Shown one piece after another: positions 57,544-59,446 of a stretch of 59,446 bases of DNA. Each line of letters opens with the position of its first letter. The stretch's first letter is position 1. The translations under genes were made by a program, and so were the position numbers. This DNA is from Lachnospiraceae bacterium (GTDB lineage Bacteria > Bacillota > Clostridia > Lachnospirales > Lachnospiraceae). The stretch is from positions 1 to 59,446 of the forward strand of contig JAFSWD010000170.1 in NCBI GenBank assembly GCA_017444675.1. The letters run 5' to 3'. The notes under the pieces are model-generated. The model was not told where the DNA came from and made no database searches. It saw nothing but the letters and a program-made list of their open reading frames with translations.

Positions 57544-57963
57544 ATGATACAGATTATTGCAGGTGAAAAGGGAAAGGGTAAAACCAAAATTATTCTTGAC
57601 AGAGCCAACGCCGACGTGTTGCACTCTAAGGGAAGCATTATCTACATCGATAAAAATTCGAAGCATATGTATGAGCTTAACAACAAGATCCGTTTGATCA
57701 ATGCTAAGAATTATTTCATCAATAACGCTGATGAATTCGTCGGCTTTATCAGTGGTATCATTTCACAGAATTATGACATTTCCAGCATCTATCTGGACAG
57801 CTTTTTAACTATTGCATGTATCGAAGCCAAAGATATGGAAGGTTTGATCGATAAGCTTGAAGTCCTTTCGAGCGCATTTAAGGTTGATTTCATCCTCAGT
57901 GTTTCATCCAATGCCGATGGATTAAGCGAAAAAGTAAGACAGAACGTTGTTGTTGCTTTATAA
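57544..57963 (+). CDS. Small (139 aa) P-loop NTPase-like protein of unknown function
   Basis: GGAGGA RBS 7 nt upstream. Walker A GEKGKGKT (residues 7-14) and Walker-B-like SSIYLDSF (about residues 80-87). Own promoter and own terminator. Confidence 0.7.
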   Translation: MIQIIAGEKGKGKTKIILDRANADVLHSKGSIIYIDKNSKHMYELNNKIRLINAKNYFINNADEFVGFISGIISQNYDISSIYLDSFLTIACIEAKDMEGLIDKLEVLSSAFKVDFILSVSSNADGLSEKVRQNVVVAL

Positions 57964-57984
57964 GAGTCTGTACTGATAATAAAT

Positions 57985-58022
57985 GCACAAGGCGGGAAAC
58001 TGCCTTGTGCTTATTATGTTTT
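57985..58022 (+). terminator. Probable intrinsic terminator after the P-loop gene
   Basis: 9-bp stem GCACAAGGC (57985-57993) / GCCTTGTGC (58002-58010), followed by an interrupted T-tract TTATTATGTTTT. Confidence 0.6.
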
Positions 58023-58060
58023 CAGGTCTCTGATCAGACTTGACGCCGGAGGTTTAAAAA

Positions 58061-59446
58061 TTGTCAGGTACGAAGCCCACAAAAATTAAACAGCGTAAAG
58101 AGGTCAATATTGGACTGGTTATTTTTTTGTTTGTCCTTATTTATCTGACTATTAATGTTTATGTGCCTTTGGCCAAAACAGAGATCTCCATTTATGAAGT
58201 ACCCGTGGGCAGGCTATATTCTAAAGATGTGTTCAAAGGGTTGATAGTCCGTGAAGAAAAGCTGTACACCACATCTAAAAGCGGATATATCAATTATTAT
58301 TTTAAAGAGGGAGATAAGATCTCCAAAAACGAAAGTGTTTATTCCATCGGTTCCGACGGCTCGGTCTATGAAAGACTCAGTACCGAAAAATCAGGCATTA
58401 AACTTACTTCTCGGGAAATTTCGGATCTAAAGGCTTTCATCAATAAGACCTACATAAAAGCTTCGGATTTTGATGAGTTTAATACGGCAAAAGACGAGAT
58501 CCTTCAGTATTACCGCCGTACAATGGACAAAAAGGTAATGACCCGATTGAACGATATCATAAAAGTTACGGGGCTTAATACCGGGTTTAATATAGTAAAT
58601 TCCGATTCCTCCGGCATTATTTCCTATTACCTTGACGGATATTCCAATGTAAATGTGAATAATTTCAATACTTCCATGTTCGAGGAAAAATATGCTTCCC
58701 AATATGCTTATTCCACGGATATGGCCGAAGCGGGAACTATAGTTTATAAACTCATAACTTCGGATGACTGGAATATCATCGTGGAATTGAACGATGATAT
58801 CTTTTCAAAACTATCAGGCAAAGAAAAAGTCACCTTTACCATCAATGATGGACAGAAGCTCACTGCACCCGTCAGTTTTTCAAAATGCGGCACCAAGTAT
58901 TATGCCATAATTAAATTGGATAAATATCTCTCTAACTATACTACCGAGAGATTTGTTGATATTTCGTTTGATACGGAAGAGAATTCCGGGTTGAAGATTC
59001 CGGTTTCTTCACTTGCTTATAAAGATTTTTACCGTATACCTTCTTCTTATTTCACGAATTATAAGGTAAATCAGAATGATAAGGAAAAGATCGGTCTTAC
59101 CCTGGAAAGGACCGATGAAAAAACCGGCGCGAAAACCTATGGTTTTTTTGAAACAGAGATCTTTTGGAAGGATGAAGGCTTTTATTACATCAGCGGAGAT
59201 CTGATCTCCTCCGGAGAATATATCGTTAAACCGGATAAGACCGAAAGCTCCATGCTGTACCTGTTTGCGGTTAAGCTGGAAGGCGCCTACAACATCAATA
59301 ACGGATATGCTGTTTTTAAACGGGTGGAACGTCTGGAATCCGGAACCGACTATGTACTGGCAAAAAGAAATTCGACCTCCGGACTAAGGGCCTATGACCA
59401 TATTGCACTTAACGCGGATAAGGTCACGGAAGGTGCTGTCATCTAC
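58061..59446 (+). CDS. HlyD-like / membrane-fusion-type single-pass membrane protein, 3'-partial (TTG start)
   Basis: Not in the ORF track (non-ATG start, no stop in the window). GGAGG (58048-58052) lies 8 nt before TTG 58061, and the frame is open for 462 codons to the window end. N-terminal TM (VNIGLVIFLFVLIYLTINVYV), then a beta-rich extracytoplasmic region (ISIYEVPVG..., AYNINNGYAVFKRVE). Confidence 0.7.
   Translation, partial: MSGTKPTKIKQRKEVNIGLVIFLFVLIYLTINVYVPLAKTEISIYEVPVGRLYSKDVFKGLIVREEKLYTTSKSGYINYYFKEGDKISKNESVYSIGSDGSVYERLSTEKSGIKLTSREISDLKAFINKTYIKASDFDEFNTAKDEILQYYRRTMDKKVMTRLNDIIKVTGLNTGFNIVNSDSSGIISYYLDGYSNVNVNNFNTSMFEEKYASQYAYSTDMAEAGTIVYKLITSDDWNIIVELNDDIFSKLSGKEKVTFTINDGQKLTAPVSFSKCGTKYYAIIKLDKYLSNYTTERFVDISFDTEENSGLKIPVSSLAYKDFYRIPSSYFTNYKVNQNDKEKIGLTLERTDEKTGAKTYGFFETEIFWKDEGFYYISGDLISSGEYIVKPDKTESSMLYLFAVKLEGAYNINNGYAVFKRVERLESGTDYVLAKRNSTSGLRAYDHIALNADKVTEGAVIY

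Noticed and set aside
1-59446. Looked for transposases, integrases, phage genes, CRISPR repeats, toxin-antitoxin pairs, restriction-modification or other defence modules, and rRNA genes
   Set aside because: None was found. Every ORF of meaningful length on the coding strand matches a housekeeping family or the few unknowns listed. No direct-repeat arrays or IS-like terminal repeats were seen apart from the 57232-57354 element reported above.

Overview
This 59.4-kb window looks like a housekeeping segment of a low-GC Gram-positive chromosome. PolC-type replicase, gene order and protein sequences suggest Bacillota, probably Clostridia/Lachnospiraceae-like; GC about 40-45% by eye, not computed. 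I call 56 protein-coding genes and one tRNA, all on the + strand, tightly packed and often with overlapping stop/start codons. In order: recA (5' partial)-recX; a four-gene Na+-translocating oxaloacetate-type decarboxylase operon with a separate biotin carrier; a bactofilin; pyrH-frr-uppS-cdsA-dxr-rseP-ispG-polC; a standalone tRNA-Glu(CUC); alaS; rimP-nusA-ylxR-ylxQ-infB-rbfA-truB plus a truncated (FMN adenylyltransferase-only) ribF; ylxM-ffh-rpsP-khpA-rimM-trmD-rplS; lepB-rbgA-rnhB-ylqH-yraN; a PDZ/radical-SAM DUF512 gene; der-plsY-gpsA; a membrane EEP-family nuclease/phosphatase; a membrane-anchored MutS paralog coupled to mutS-mutL-miaA; ynbB; mreC-mreD-mrdA-minCDE-rodA-mgsA; a small P-loop protein; and a 3'-partial HlyD-like membrane protein. 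I found no transposase, integrase, phage, CRISPR, toxin-antitoxin or recognisable defence genes. Most of the window is ordinary core genome. The least ordinary stretch is 57.2-58.1 kb. It holds a 123-nt cloverleaf-like nest of perfect inverted repeats in the largest non-coding gap, then a near-consensus promoter with a 9-5-9 palindrome in its spacer. That promoter drives a monocistronic 139-aa minimal Walker-A/B protein just upstream of the HlyD-like gene. Secondary points are the membrane EEP + membrane MutS-paralog pair fused to the mismatch-repair operon, a probable attenuator in the rimP-nusA leader, and the ribF lacking a riboflavin-kinase domain. All functional calls rest on my recognition of motifs and synteny; no database search was possible.
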